This document shows, piece after piece, positions 20,783 to 31,809 of a stretch of 64,000 nucleotides of DNA. The notes below the pieces were generated by a model. It was given only the letters and a program-made list of their open reading frames with translations. It searched no databases and was not told where the DNA came from. Position numbers and translations under genes: made by a program. Source of the DNA: Longimicrobiales bacterium (GTDB lineage Bacteria > Gemmatimonadota > Gemmatimonadetes > Longimicrobiales > Gaopeijiaceae); NCBI GenBank assembly GCA_965248195.1, contig CBDFIQ010000001.1, positions 1,408,001-1,472,000 of the forward strand, read 5' to 3'. The first letter of the stretch is position 1. Each line of letters starts with the position of its first letter.

Positions 20783-23383
20783 ATGCGCGCACTCCAGACG
20801 TCCGTCGGTCTGATTCCCGCTGCGTTCCTGGTGGTCACGGTCGTGACGGCCACCGGCGCCGAAGCCCAGAATCCCGCCACATTCACCAGCGACATCCGAC
20901 CCATCATGGAGCGGAGCTGCTGGGGCTGTCATGGTGACGAGTTCCAGCGGTCCGGTCTCGACCTGCGTACCCGCGATGACGCGATTTTGGGAGGCATAAG
21001 CGGCCCCGCGATCGTGCCCGGACGCGCCGAAGAGAGTCTGTTCTACCGGATGATAGCGGGGCTCGATGAGCCCCTGATGCCGAGGGATGGTCCGTCCTTG
21101 ACCACGGCCGAGATCGCCGCGGTGCGGGCGTGGATCGATGGCGGTGCGCACTGGGACGAGGGACCGACTGTGGCCGTGGCCGCGGATGCGGTCGAGGAAC
21201 TTCCCCCCGGAGCTCGCGAGGCCTGGGCCTTCCAGCTCCCGGTGCAGGGTACCGTTCCCACGGCATCACCGTTCGAGCATCCCATCGATCGTTTCCTCGA
21301 GCAGACGCGCCAGGCCCAGGGCCTAACCGCGGCGCCGCATGCCGATCGCCGCACGCTGCTCAGGCGCGCGCACCTCGATCTGATCGGGTTGCCGCCCACG
21401 CCAGAGGAAACCGCGGAGTTCCTGGCCGACCCGAGGTCCGACGCGTGGGAGCGTGTGATCGAGCGGCTCCTTGCTTCCCCACACTACGGCGAGCGTTGGG
21501 GACGCCACTGGCTCGACGTAGCGCGCTACGCGGACTCGGACGGCTTCGAGCAGGACTACGACCGACCCAACGCGTGGCGATATCGCGACTACGTCATTTC
21601 CGCGTTCAATGACGACAAACCCTTCGACCGGTTCATTGTAGAGCAGATCGCCGGCGACGAGCTCGACTGGGCAACCGACGAGACCCGAATCGCCACCGGC
21701 TTCCTGCGCGCCGGTCCCCGCGTGCACTTCCGTGAGAAAGACAACCCGGAGCGGCGGTACGAGTACCTGGACGACATCCTCGCCACGCTCGGCCGCGGAG
21801 TGCTCGGGCTGACGGTTCAGTGCGCGCGCTGCCACGATCACAAGTTCGATCCGATTCTCCAGACCGACTACTACCGTCTGGCGACGTCCATCTTTGGATA
21901 CGTCGAAACCGAGTATCCGCTGCTCCCGCGCGCGGAGGGCGAGGCGTACCGGGCGAAGATCGCGGACATCGCTGAGCGGCAACGCGTTCTGAGAGATCAG
22001 GTGGCCGAGATCGAAGCGCCCTACCGCGAGCGACTGAAGATCGAGCGCCTGGAACGCGAATTTCCTGCGGATGTGCTGCGCGCGGTGCAGAAGCCCGAGA
22101 GCGAGCGCACGCCGGGAGAGAAGCTCCTCGCCGATCAGGTTCTCTCCCTCGGTGTGTCCGGGGCGCTCGTGGCCGCGGCGCTGACACCGGAAGATGCCGC
22201 CCGACAGAAAGCGTTGATTGATGGCATCGCCGACGTGGAGCAGGAGCGGCCTGCACGGCCGCCCATGGCCGACATCGTGACCGACGGAGACCACCGATTC
22301 ACTCCGGACGGGCCCGGCGACGAGATCATCGGCTGTCCAGAGTGCCGCACGCCTCCGGACACGCCCGGCAGCTACTTGCACGAGGGTCCGGGACGGTACG
22401 AGGTGCCGACGAGTAACCTTCTCATCCGCGGCGATCCCTTCAGCCTGGGACCGGTGATGTCGCCTGGCTTCGTGAAGGTCGCGACCTACGGCGATCCGCC
22501 GACGGAGATTTCGCGGCCTGACGGGCGCACGTCCGGCCGCCGCCTGGCGCTCGCGGAGTGGCTGACCTCCGAGGGGAACCCGCTGACGGCACGCGTGCTG
22601 GTGAACCGGATTTGGCACCATCACTTCGGACGCGGCATCGTCGCAACGCTCGACAACTTCGGAGCGGTCGGCGATCCTCCGACCCATCCCGAGCTCCTCG
22701 ACTGGATGGCGATCGAGTTCGCGAGCAACGGCTGGAGCATCAAGCAGATGCACCGCTTGATGATGACCTCCGAGGCCTACCAGATGGCGTCTGCGTACGA
22801 GGATGCGGGCAACATCGCCAACGATCCGGAGAACTTCAGCCTCTGGCGCTTCCGCATTCGGCGGCTCGAGACCGAGATATTGAGAGACGCCATCATGGCT
22901 TCGAGCGGAGGCATCGACCTCACCGTCGGCGGACCGCCCGTGTTCCCATACGTACCCGAGGAGATCCTGGCGGGTCAGGCGCACGGTCGCTGGGACAACC
23001 AGCCGGACGGCCCCGCCGTATGGCGCCGCAGCGTCTACGTCTATCGACGTCGTTCGCTGGTCTTTCCGTTCTTCGAGACGTTCGACCTCCCCGACCAGGG
23101 CGTGACGACGGCTGCTCGCAACGTGTCCACGGTGGCCACGCAGGCGCTGACCCTTCTCAACAATCCGTTCGTGCTCGGGCAGGCCGGCATGTTCGCGGAG
23201 CGACTGGAGAGGGAGGCGCCGAACGACGTGGCGGGGCAGGTCGATCTAGCGTACCGCATCGCGTTGGCGAGGTCTCCCACGGAAGCGGAGGCGGAGATCG
23301 GCGGTCATTTCGTCGCGGAGCGGTCCCTGGTGGATCTAACACACGTGATATTCAACTTGAGCGAGTTCCTCTACCTGAGGTGA
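20783..23383 (+). CDS. Planctomycete cytochrome c + DUF1549 + DUF1553 protein
   Basis: CWGCH, HYGERWGRHWLDVARYADS, CARCHDHKFDPI, PTHPELLDW and QALTLLN. Confidence 0.92.
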   Translation: MRALQTSVGLIPAAFLVVTVVTATGAEAQNPATFTSDIRPIMERSCWGCHGDEFQRSGLDLRTRDDAILGGISGPAIVPGRAEESLFYRMIAGLDEPLMPRDGPSLTTAEIAAVRAWIDGGAHWDEGPTVAVAADAVEELPPGAREAWAFQLPVQGTVPTASPFEHPIDRFLEQTRQAQGLTAAPHADRRTLLRRAHLDLIGLPPTPEETAEFLADPRSDAWERVIERLLASPHYGERWGRHWLDVARYADSDGFEQDYDRPNAWRYRDYVISAFNDDKPFDRFIVEQIAGDELDWATDETRIATGFLRAGPRVHFREKDNPERRYEYLDDILATLGRGVLGLTVQCARCHDHKFDPILQTDYYRLATSIFGYVETEYPLLPRAEGEAYRAKIADIAERQRVLRDQVAEIEAPYRERLKIERLEREFPADVLRAVQKPESERTPGEKLLADQVLSLGVSGALVAAALTPEDAARQKALIDGIADVEQERPARPPMADIVTDGDHRFTPDGPGDEIIGCPECRTPPDTPGSYLHEGPGRYEVPTSNLLIRGDPFSLGPVMSPGFVKVATYGDPPTEISRPDGRTSGRRLALAEWLTSEGNPLTARVLVNRIWHHHFGRGIVATLDNFGAVGDPPTHPELLDWMAIEFASNGWSIKQMHRLMMTSEAYQMASAYEDAGNIANDPENFSLWRFRIRRLETEILRDAIMASSGGIDLTVGGPPVFPYVPEEILAGQAHGRWDNQPDGPAVWRRSVYVYRRRSLVFPFFETFDLPDQGVTTAARNVSTVATQALTLLNNPFVLGQAGMFAERLEREAPNDVAGQVDLAYRIALARSPTEAEAEIGGHFVAERSLVDLTHVIFNLSEFLYLR

Positions 23384-23386
23384 GGC

Positions 23387-24889
23387 ATGGGTCATCAGTG
23401 CCATAAACACGAGAAGACGTTTTGGTCGCGTCGCGACTTCCTCTTTCAGTCGGGCGGCGGGATAGCTGGATTGGCGTTCGCCAATCTACTCGAACACGAG
23501 GGACTGCTGGCGGCCGAGCGGGCGGGGCTGACGGGGGTCCCGCAAGTCCCCGGGCCGTGTGATGAAGCTGTACCGGGCAACCCGTTCGCGCCGAGGGCGC
23601 CGCACTTTGCTCCACGCGCCACCGCCGTGATCTCGCTTTTCATGAGCGGCGGAGTAAGCCACGTCGACACCTTCGATCCGAAGCCGGCGCTCACGAGGTA
23701 CGCGGGGCAGCCGCTGGACAGCCACATCGATGGAAACATCGTCGTCCGTCAGGGCTACCCGGGTCCGTTGATGCCGAGCCCGTTTTCGTTCGACCGCTAC
23801 GGTGAGAGCGGGATCGAGGTATCCGAGATCTTTCCCCACATCGCGAAGCACGTCGACGAGATCGCCTTCATACGCTCGGTGTACGGGCGATCGAACGATC
23901 ACGTCCAGGCGACGTACGAGATGCAGACCGGCCAGATCCGCATGGGCTTTCCGAGTGTGGGCTCGTGGGTGACGTACGGTCTCGGGTCGGAGAGCTCGAG
24001 CTTGCCGGCCTTCGTCGTGATGACCGACTATCGGGGCGGTCCCCTCGGTGGTCCCAACGACTGGGCCGCTGGCTTCATGCCGGCGAGCTACCAGGGCACG
24101 CAGTTCCGAGCCTCCGGGGACCCGATCGTTGACCTGGAGCCCCCTCAAGGGATGACGCCGGAGGCGCAACGCGCTCGCCTGGACGTGCTGGCGAAGCTGA
24201 ACGAGATGGACATGGAAAAGCATCCCGGCAACTCCGAGCTCGCGGCTCGCATCTCGTCGTACGAGCTCGCCTACCGGATGCAAGGTTGTGCTCCGGAGGC
24301 AATCGACGTGTCGTCGGAGTCCGAGTTGACGAAGAAGCTCTACGGTCTCGACAACGAAATCACCGAACCATTCGGGCGGCAGTGCCTGATGGCGCGGCGG
24401 CTCGTCGAGCGCGGCGTCCGCTTCGTGCAGCTCTTCCAGGGCGGCCTCGGCAATCAGAACACCGACACGTGGGATGCCCACAGCAACCTCGTGGAGAATC
24501 ACACACAGCACGCCGCCGAGTCGGATCTCCCGATCGCCGGCCTGTTGACGGACCTCAAGGCGCGCGGGCTCCTGGATACGACGCTCATCGTGTGGCACGC
24601 GGAATTTGGACGGATGCCGATCTCGCAGCGTGGCGTAGGCCGCGACCATAACCCCGGCGCCATGACGGCTTGGATGGCCGGCGCGGGAATCCGCGGCGGG
24701 CAAGTCATCGGTGCAACCGACGATTTCGGCTACAAGGCTCTGGAACAGCCCGTCTCGGCGCACGACCTGCACGCGACCATGCTCCACCTGCTGGGCATGG
24801 ACCATGAGGAGCTGACGTACCGATTCAGTGGCCGCGACATGCGGCTCACGGACGTGGCCGGCACGCTGATACCGCAGATCGTCGGCTGA
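23387..24889 (+). CDS. DUF1501 protein with Tat signal
   Basis: SRRDFL, GGVSHVDTFDPKP, RRLVERGVRFVQ, WDAH, EFGRMP and GRDHN. Confidence 0.93.
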   Translation: MGHQCHKHEKTFWSRRDFLFQSGGGIAGLAFANLLEHEGLLAAERAGLTGVPQVPGPCDEAVPGNPFAPRAPHFAPRATAVISLFMSGGVSHVDTFDPKPALTRYAGQPLDSHIDGNIVVRQGYPGPLMPSPFSFDRYGESGIEVSEIFPHIAKHVDEIAFIRSVYGRSNDHVQATYEMQTGQIRMGFPSVGSWVTYGLGSESSSLPAFVVMTDYRGGPLGGPNDWAAGFMPASYQGTQFRASGDPIVDLEPPQGMTPEAQRARLDVLAKLNEMDMEKHPGNSELAARISSYELAYRMQGCAPEAIDVSSESELTKKLYGLDNEITEPFGRQCLMARRLVERGVRFVQLFQGGLGNQNTDTWDAHSNLVENHTQHAAESDLPIAGLLTDLKARGLLDTTLIVWHAEFGRMPISQRGVGRDHNPGAMTAWMAGAGIRGGQVIGATDDFGYKALEQPVSAHDLHATMLHLLGMDHEELTYRFSGRDMRLTDVAGTLIPQIVG

Positions 24890-25023
24890 AGGGGGGCCGT
24901 GCTCTTCGAGCCGAAGGCCTAGCACTTTTCCGTCCTCGAAAGTTGTTGCCTCACCGTGAGTCACACCGTAGCGTTTTCTTAAGGTCGGAGAGTCACCTCG
25001 GAGAGTCCTGAAGTGGGGCCGCA

Positions 25024-25290
25024 TTGTCCATCGTAACCATCTTGATTTTCGCCTTTGGGTTCGGAGGCATCGCCGGCGGATTGGTTCATTTGGTCAGTCG
25101 CATCCGCCGTGAGGTGATGGTCAGGAGCGACGAACGGTTCGCCGCGGGCGCCCTGTGCCGGGTCCGGGTCCTTGATGCTCAACTTGCGGGCACGCTCGCC
25201 AGCATCTCCAAGCTCGAGTCGAGGGCTTCGAATGGGGAGGGTCGGGTGATCCACTCTCCTTCGGCATTCGGTGGGAGCCCACATGGGTAG
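25024..25290 (+). CDS. Small single-TM/coiled-coil protein (paralog 1 of 3)
   Basis: TM..GGL..RIRR..V..DE..A..AL.RV..L pattern shared with the next two ORFs; TTG start. Confidence 0.6.
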   Translation: MSIVTILIFAFGFGGIAGGLVHLVSRIRREVMVRSDERFAAGALCRVRVLDAQLAGTLASISKLESRASNGEGRVIHSPSAFGGSPHG

Positions 25291-25555
25291 CAAGTTGCTC
25301 CTCATGCTCGCCAACCTCGCTCTTGCAGGTGGCATCATCGGGGGCTGGGCTTGCTTTGCCAGCGAGATCCGTCGTCGCGTGTGGGTTTCGAACGAGGACG
25401 AGCGTGCGGCCGTGGCACTCGACGAGGTCGAGGCCTTGGAAGCGCGATTGGAAAGCGCCCAGCGGCGGATTGCCACGCTCAGGGAGGGGGCCATGCATCA
25501 CGGGAGTGGCGAGCGAGAGCCGCGCGAGACGGCGATGGCATGCCAGAATGATTGA
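25283..25555 (+). CDS. Small single-TM/coiled-coil protein (paralog 2 of 3)
   Basis: GGIIGGW..EIRR..V..ED..A..ALD.V..LE; overlaps the previous stop. Confidence 0.65.
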   Translation: MGSKLLLMLANLALAGGIIGGWACFASEIRRRVWVSNEDERAAVALDEVEALEARLESAQRRIATLREGAMHHGSGEREPRETAMACQND

Positions 25556-25793
25556 GGAGACGCTGTTTTTTATTGTTGCCAACGGCCTGATAGGCGGCTG
25601 GCTCCACATGATCCTTCGGATCCGGCGTCACCGGGCCGTCAAGAGGGACGAAGAGCTCGCCCGGTCGGCCCTCGATCGGATCCGGGCTCTTGAACTGGAT
25701 CTGGAGGCCGCCATCGCGACCGTCGCTGAGCTCGAGCTCTCGCCCACGCCTTCCAACAATCCTTCTGCAGGTTCGGCTCTTCGCTTGCTTTGA
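25548..25793 (+). CDS. Small single-TM/coiled-coil protein (paralog 3 of 3)
   Basis: GLIGGW..RIRR..V..DEE.A..ALDRI..LE; overlaps the previous stop. Confidence 0.65.
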   Translation: MIEETLFFIVANGLIGGWLHMILRIRRHRAVKRDEELARSALDRIRALELDLEAAIATVAELELSPTPSNNPSAGSALRLL

Positions 25794-25851
25794 TCTTCGC
25801 TTGCTGTGAACGACGATCAAGCAGTCTCTACGAACGGAGCTGTCAGGAGGC

Positions 25852-26883
25852 CTACCCGCCCATCCCCAGCACCTCCTTGGGCATGTGCATGCTCACCAGA
25901 TAGTGCGGCATGTCCACCACTTCCGAGATCTTGAGGTCGCCGGCCAGGGAAGCCAGGACGTAGGCGTCGGACCGACCCATGCCGTGCTCGGCAACCAGAT
26001 AGTCGATCATGAACAAGGTGGCCTTTCTCGTGGCCTCGTCGATGGTAGTGCCGAAAGCCGTCACGGCGTAGTACTCGTCGGTCTCGTACTCGGGCTCCTG
26101 AAGCGCCCGCCCCCCCTTGATGACGTTCAGCTCGTAGACGATACGCATTGGCGCCTCTACCGCCGTGCCCGACACCTCACCGTTTCCCTGAACCGCGTGT
26201 GCGTCACCGATGGAAAAGAGCGCCCCCGCCACGAAGACCGGGAAGTAGACGGTGGTCCCGGCCGTCATGTGGCGGTTGTCCATGTTGCCCCCGTTGGCGC
26301 GTGGGGGAATCGTGACCAGGAGTGAGTCGGTGTCGGGGGCCACGCCCATCACGCCCGCGAACGGCGCCAGAGGTAGCCGGATACGGTCGCTGAAGACGGC
26401 ATGCGTCGCGTCGGGCCCGAGCTCGAAGAGCTTCAGGTAGGGCTCGGTGAACACGTCCGCCAGGAACCCGAACCCCGGTACGATCGCGGCCCATCCCCAG
26501 TCCCCCACCTCGATGTCATGGAGCGTCACAGCCAGGACGTCGCCAGGCTCTGCTCCCTCCACGTAGACCGGCCCGGTGAGCGCGTGGATGCGGTCGAAGT
26601 CCAGGGTAGCAACGTCCGCCACAGTCGACTCCATCGACAGCTGGCCTCCCGTGGCCTCCTGCGTGAAGACCTCCACCACGCTTCCGGACGGGACCGTCAG
26701 CACGGGCGGAATCGTTCGACTCCAGCGTGCGTGGGTGTTTTCAGCGGCCAGGGTGAATTGTGGCTCGGGCACCGGGTCGCCGGCCGCGGCCTGAGGCTCC
26801 TCACCGGCACGGGCGCAGGCCGCCGCTCCTAGGGCGAAAAAGATGAGACAACCGGCACGATGCAGACGAACGCTGATCGCCAT
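25852..26883 (-). CDS. Acetamidase/formamidase-family lipoprotein
   Basis: HALTGPVYVEGAEPGD, PPRANGGNMD and GDAHAVQGNGEV; lipobox AAAC. Confidence 0.92.
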   Translation of the reverse strand: MAISVRLHRAGCLIFFALGAAACARAGEEPQAAAGDPVPEPQFTLAAENTHARWSRTIPPVLTVPSGSVVEVFTQEATGGQLSMESTVADVATLDFDRIHALTGPVYVEGAEPGDVLAVTLHDIEVGDWGWAAIVPGFGFLADVFTEPYLKLFELGPDATHAVFSDRIRLPLAPFAGVMGVAPDTDSLLVTIPPRANGGNMDNRHMTAGTTVYFPVFVAGALFSIGDAHAVQGNGEVSGTAVEAPMRIVYELNVIKGGRALQEPEYETDEYYAVTAFGTTIDEATRKATLFMIDYLVAEHGMGRSDAYVLASLAGDLKISEVVDMPHYLVSMHMPKEVLGMGG

Positions 26884-27063
26884 GGGACCTCCTCGATCCG
26901 GTGGGAGTGGTCGACGGCAGAAACTAAGCTGCTTATCGAGGTGGATGCCAACGGCGGTGCGTGCGTCGTACCTTGCTGATGGCCGTGAGGACACCCATCT
27001 TACCGGCCGTTCCCGCTCCCGAAGATAGCGCTGTGGCGCTTGGCCAAAGAGGAGGATCGAAAC

Positions 27064-27879
27064 ATGAAGCTGCTACTGACCGCCGTTGCGATACTGTCGC
27101 TCGTCTCGCCAGCGTACGCCCAGCTCGCGCCCGTAAACGACATGGGGGTGACGTATGGTCATGTCCATCTGAACGTCGCAGACATCGATGCGAGCATGCT
27201 GCTATTCGCGGAGCATTTTGGTGGGGAGATCGTCGTCAAGGGTTCACTCCATACTGTGAAATTCCCCAATTTCCTACTGGCTTTCTCAGGGAATGAGCCC
27301 ACTAGTGGGTCCGGCGGCACGGTGATGGACCACTTTGGCTTTAAGGTCCGTGACATCGAGCCTGTCCTGGCGGGTTGGCAGGCGGCTGGTTTGGAGACGC
27401 AGGAGCCGTTTGTCGGAGCCGAGGGGTACCAGAATGCTTTTGTGATTACCCCGGAGGGGCTACGGGTGGAGCTACAGGAAGATCCCCAGCTGCCAATGAA
27501 GGCAATTGGGTATCACATCCACTTTTGGACTGACCAGTCCGAGACTACATCCGAGAGCTTAATGAACTGGTACGCCGATCACTTCGGTGCCGAGATCCAC
27601 CCTAGGGGCCGGATCCAGACTAGTGCGAACGTACCTGGCATGAACCTTAGCTTCGGCAATTGCAGTGGGGGGGGTTGTACGCCCACTCAGGGTACCGCGA
27701 TCGATCACGTCGGCTTTGAGGTCGACAATCTCGAAGAGTTCGTCGCACAGCTGCAGGCGCGGGGTGTCGAGTTCACGACCCCGTATCGCTACATCGAAAG
27801 CCTTGAGCTGGGCATCGCGTACTTTGTGGATCCTGCAGGCGTCCGCGTCGAGCTGACGGAGGGCTACGACGCGTACTGA
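27064..27879 (+). CDS. Exported VOC/glyoxalase-family protein (paralog of 9299..10144)
   Basis: GHVHL, DHFGF, YHIHF, DHVGFEV and DPAGVRVELTEG. Confidence 0.85.
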   Translation: MKLLLTAVAILSLVSPAYAQLAPVNDMGVTYGHVHLNVADIDASMLLFAEHFGGEIVVKGSLHTVKFPNFLLAFSGNEPTSGSGGTVMDHFGFKVRDIEPVLAGWQAAGLETQEPFVGAEGYQNAFVITPEGLRVELQEDPQLPMKAIGYHIHFWTDQSETTSESLMNWYADHFGAEIHPRGRIQTSANVPGMNLSFGNCSGGGCTPTQGTAIDHVGFEVDNLEEFVAQLQARGVEFTTPYRYIESLELGIAYFVDPAGVRVELTEGYDAY

Positions 27880-28026
27880 CGCGAGGGGCGGGCACGGTGG
27901 ACTCGGCTGCGGACCTCACAAGAACTCGGTCCGCGGCCGTTTCCCTCGCCCCACATGGATGTTCCCCTCCTGATCGTCGGAGCACAAAGGCCGCCGGTCG
28001 GGATCGAGACCGCTTCGGAGGATCCG

Positions 28027-29118
28027 GTGCGGAAGCTGACTTGGCTATTCGTCCTCATTCTGATGCTCGGCATGGGTGTGTCGACGCCTGCGGCCCCCCA
28101 AGCCACACCCCCGGGCGTGCTGCGAGCCGACTTCCTCTTCGACAGCGCGCCATTTCCGAGCGTCCACGCCTCGACGATCGTCGAGGCTGGTGAAGGTCTC
28201 GTTGCGGCGTGGTTCGGCGGCACGCGTGAGGGTGCGCAGGACGTGGGCATCTGGATGTCGAGGCAGATGGCTGGCGAGTGGACCGAGCCGTTCGAGGTGG
28301 CCACCGGAGTCCAGCCCGACGCCACTCGCTATCCGTGCTGGAACCCGGTGTTGTTCGCGGCGCCTGATGGCGTAGTGACGTTGTTCTACAAGGTGGGTCC
28401 CAGCCCGAGACGGTGGTGGGGCGTGGCCCGCACTTCTCAGGACGGCGGACGAACCTGGAGCGAGGCGAAGCGGTTGCCCGAGGGCATCCTCGGTCCGATC
28501 AAGAACAAGCCGGTGCGACTCGTCGACGGGTCGATCATCAGCCCGAGCAGCACCGAAACGGATGAGCGTCCGAGCGCCTGGCGCATTCACTTCGAGCGGA
28601 CCATCGACGGGGGCCGGTCATGGAGTGTGGTGCGCCCTCCCGCTGCTTTGGACGGAGCGGAGATCCAGGCGATCCAGCCCAGCATTCTGATCCATCCTGG
28701 GGGCCGGCTGCAGGCTGTGGGCCGTTCGCAACAGGGACGCGTGTTCGAGACCTGGTCAGACGATGATGGACGAAGCTGGAGTCCGGTCACGCTAACGGTG
28801 CTTCCCAACCCGAGCTCGGGGATCGATGCGGTGACACTCAGCAGCGGACGTCACCTGATCGTCTACAACCACACGGCCCGGGGGCGCTCGCCGTTGAACG
28901 TCGCGGTCTCGCAGGACGGCCTGACCTGGGAGGCGGCGCTCGTGCTGGAGCGTGAGGTAGGCGAGTACTCGTACCCGGCCGTGATCCAGACTTCGGACGG
29001 CCTCGTGCACATCAGCTACACCTGGCGGCGCGAACGCATCAAGCACGTGGTTATCGATCCGACTGAGCTCGTGTCGGTCCCGATGGCCGAAGGGGAGTGG
29101 CCCACGGACGTTCGGTGA
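28027..29118 (+). CDS. Sialidase/BNR-repeat protein
   Basis: Asp-boxes [18 protein letters not shown] and [22 protein letters not shown]. Confidence 0.9.
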   Translation: MRKLTWLFVLILMLGMGVSTPAAPQATPPGVLRADFLFDSAPFPSVHASTIVEAGEGLVAAWFGGTREGAQDVGIWMSRQMAGEWTEPFEVATGVQPDATRYPCWNPVLFAAPDGVVTLFYKVGPSPRRWWGVARTSQDGGRTWSEAKRLPEGILGPIKNKPVRLVDGSIISPSSTETDERPSAWRIHFERTIDGGRSWSVVRPPAALDGAEIQAIQPSILIHPGGRLQAVGRSQQGRVFETWSDDDGRSWSPVTLTVLPNPSSGIDAVTLSSGRHLIVYNHTARGRSPLNVAVSQDGLTWEAALVLEREVGEYSYPAVIQTSDGLVHISYTWRRERIKHVVIDPTELVSVPMAEGEWPTDVR

Positions 29119-29192
29119 CCGGGGCTGAAAAGCATCCAACTTTCAGATTGTTGCCCACTGAAAGTCGCGCGGGGGAAACAGCGGGGGAAACA

Positions 29193-30164
29193 GTGGAGTC
29201 ACGCACACGAGCAATTTTGTTCTCGGCGTTGATCCTCATCGCCTCGGCATGCGGGCGAGCGGATCGCGACGTGGCCGTCGAGCGGGACGTCCGCATCGTC
29301 GTCGTGACCCACGGCCAATCGTCCGATCCGTTTTGGTCGGTCGTCGCCAACGGCGTCCGCGATGCGGCCTTGGACCTGGGCGTCCGAGTCGAGTATCAGG
29401 CGCCGGGCAGCTTCGACATGGTCGAGATGAACGACCTCATCGACGCGGCCGTGGCGTCGAGGCCGAACGGACTCGTGGTCTCGATCCCGGACCCGGACGC
29501 ACTGTCGTCCGCGATCCGTGCCGCCCTGGATGCGGGCCTCCCAGTCATCTCCATCAACTCGGGGGCCGACGTGTATCGAGAGCTCGGTGTCCTGGCGCAC
29601 CTCGGCCAGCCCGAGTACGACGCGGGCTTCGCGGGCGGCGCTCGCATGGCGGCGGCGGGCGTCTCCAAGGCGTTATGCGTGAACCACGAGGTTGGCAACG
29701 CCGCTTTGGATGTTCGCTGCCAGGGGTTTGCGGACGCGCTCGGAGACGCCGGGGGATCAGTCGACGTGCTGGCGGTCGATCTGGCCGACCCGGACGACAC
29801 ACAGCAGCGAGTCGCCGGCGCTCTCTCCGCGGATCGCGGAATCGACGGGATCCTCACTCTCGGCCCCGCCGGCGCCGCGCCGACCCTTGCGGCGCTGAGG
29901 GAGACCGCCGGGGCGGGTGAAGTCGTTTTCGCCACGTTCGATCTGTCACCCAGCGTGCTCGAAGCCGTGCGGGACGGCGAGATGCTATTCGCGATCGACC
30001 AACAGCAATATCTGCAGGGGTACCTCGCGATCGTGCTCATGACGAACTTCATAGAGATCGGTGGAGTTCCCGGGGGCGGCAGCGCGATCGCCACCGGCCC
30101 CGGTTTCGTTACCGCGGAGACGGCCGCGGATGTAATCGCTCTTTCAGAGAGCGGCGTGCGGTGA
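29193..30164 (+). CDS. Sugar (inositol-like) ABC transporter substrate-binding lipoprotein
   Basis: [13 protein letters not shown] and [12 protein letters not shown]; lipobox ASAC. Confidence 0.9.
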   Translation: MESRTRAILFSALILIASACGRADRDVAVERDVRIVVVTHGQSSDPFWSVVANGVRDAALDLGVRVEYQAPGSFDMVEMNDLIDAAVASRPNGLVVSIPDPDALSSAIRAALDAGLPVISINSGADVYRELGVLAHLGQPEYDAGFAGGARMAAAGVSKALCVNHEVGNAALDVRCQGFADALGDAGGSVDVLAVDLADPDDTQQRVAGALSADRGIDGILTLGPAGAAPTLAALRETAGAGEVVFATFDLSPSVLEAVRDGEMLFAIDQQQYLQGYLAIVLMTNFIEIGGVPGGGSAIATGPGFVTAETAADVIALSESGVR

Positions 30165-31162
30165 CTCCAGAGATCAGCGTCGTCAGACGCTTGCTCATCC
30201 GGCCGGAGCTCGGCGCGGTGGCCGGCGCCGTGTTGATCTGGGTCTTCTTCGCCACGGTCGCCGGCGAGCCCTTCCGCAGCGTCGCGGGGACCGCCTCCTA
30301 CCTCAACGCCGCGGCTCCCCTCGGGATTCTCGCGGTGGCCGTCTCCCTGCTCATGATCGGGGGGGAGTTCGATCTCTCGGTGGGCTCGATCATCGGGGCC
30401 GCTGGCATGTCGCTCATGTTGCTGACGAACCACTTCGGCTGGCCGTTCTGGGCGGCCGCCAGTGTCACCGCCGCTTTGAGCCTGGCAATCGGTTTCGGCA
30501 ACGGCTACCTGGTCGTCCGCACGGGCTTGCCTTCCTTCATCGTGACGCTGGGCACCCTCTTCATCGTCCGAGGCCTGACCATCGGCATCACCAGACAACT
30601 CAGCGGGCGGACGCAACTCGGGGGCCTGGACGAGGCGGGTGGATTCGAGTCGGCCTCGGTCTTCTTCGGGAGCGACCTCATCGGGCCCTTCCGTGTCTCG
30701 ATCTTATGGTGGATCGGGCTCGCCGCCGTGGCAACCTGGGTGCTACTGCGCACGCCCTACGGCAACTGGATTCTAGGGGCGGGCGGTGCCCCAGACGCGG
30801 CTCGGAACATGGGTGTGCCCGTCGAGCGCGTGAAGATCAGCCTGTTCATGACGACGGCCGGGGCCGCATGTCTCGTCGCGATCGTACAGGCCGTGCGCTT
30901 TACGGGCGCGGATGTGCTGCGCGGGGAGCTTCAGGAATTCCGCGCCATCATCGCCGTGGTCATCGGCGGCACTCTACTCACGGGCGGCTACGGCTCGGCT
31001 GTCGGGGCGGTGTTCGGTGCTCTCATCTTCGGGATGGTGCGGCAGGGGATCGTGATGACCGGTGTCGACGCCGACTGGTTCCAGGTTTTTCTTGGAGCGA
31101 CACTCGTGGTCGCCGTGATCTTCAACGATTTCGTTCGGAAGAAGGCGACCGAGACACCATGA
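30161..31162 (+). CDS. Sugar ABC transporter permease
   Basis: [19 protein letters not shown] and [10 protein letters not shown]. Confidence 0.92.
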   Translation: MTPEISVVRRLLIRPELGAVAGAVLIWVFFATVAGEPFRSVAGTASYLNAAAPLGILAVAVSLLMIGGEFDLSVGSIIGAAGMSLMLLTNHFGWPFWAAASVTAALSLAIGFGNGYLVVRTGLPSFIVTLGTLFIVRGLTIGITRQLSGRTQLGGLDEAGGFESASVFFGSDLIGPFRVSILWWIGLAAVATWVLLRTPYGNWILGAGGAPDAARNMGVPVERVKISLFMTTAGAACLVAIVQAVRFTGADVLRGELQEFRAIIAVVIGGTLLTGGYGSAVGAVFGALIFGMVRQGIVMTGVDADWFQVFLGATLVVAVIFNDFVRKKATETP

Positions 31163-31809
31163 GCCACCTCGCCCCTCGCCTGCTCGAGGTCCGGAACGTG
31201 TCGAAGTATTTCGGCAACCTGACGGCATTGGACGATGCGTCGATGTCGGTGCGGGCCGGTCAGGTGACCTGTCTTCTCGGCGACAACGGGGCCGGAAAGT
31301 CCACCTTGGTCAAGATCCTTTCCGGGGCACTCAGGCCTTCGGCCGGCCGGTACGAAGTAGGAGGTGAATCGGTCCACTTCGCCTCGCCTCTCGACGCCCG
31401 CGAGCGGGGAATCGCCACGGTGTACCAGGATCTGGCGATGATCCCGCTCCTGAGCGTGTGGCGCAACTTCTTCCTCGGCTCGGAGCCCACTAGAGGATGG
31501 GGACCGTTCAAGCGCATCGACGTGAAGCGGTGCGACCGGATTGCACGCGAGGCACTCGAAGACATGGGGATCGAAGTCCACGATTCCGCGCGCGCCGTGG
31601 GGACGCTCTCGGGTGGTGAACGCCAGTCGGTAGCCGTCGCTCGGGCAGTCTATTTCGGCGCCAAGATACTCATCCTCGACGAGCCGACCGCCGCGCTCGG
31701 CGTCAAGCAGGCCGGAATCGTGCTCCGCTACATCACGCAGGCGAAGGAGAGCGGCATCGGCGTCGTCTTCGTGACGCACAACCCCTATCACGCCTATCCC
31801 ATCGGCGAC
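31159..31809 (+). pseudogene. Sugar ABC transporter ATPase, 3'-truncated by IS256
   Basis: [20 protein letters not shown] and VTHN; the frame runs into the IS end at 31810. Confidence 0.88.

Noticed and set aside
15056..25024. Long antisense ORFs (15056..16486, 21323..22984, 23486..25024) and similar shadows elsewhere
   Set aside because: They mirror well-supported genes on the opposite strand, as is common in high-GC DNA
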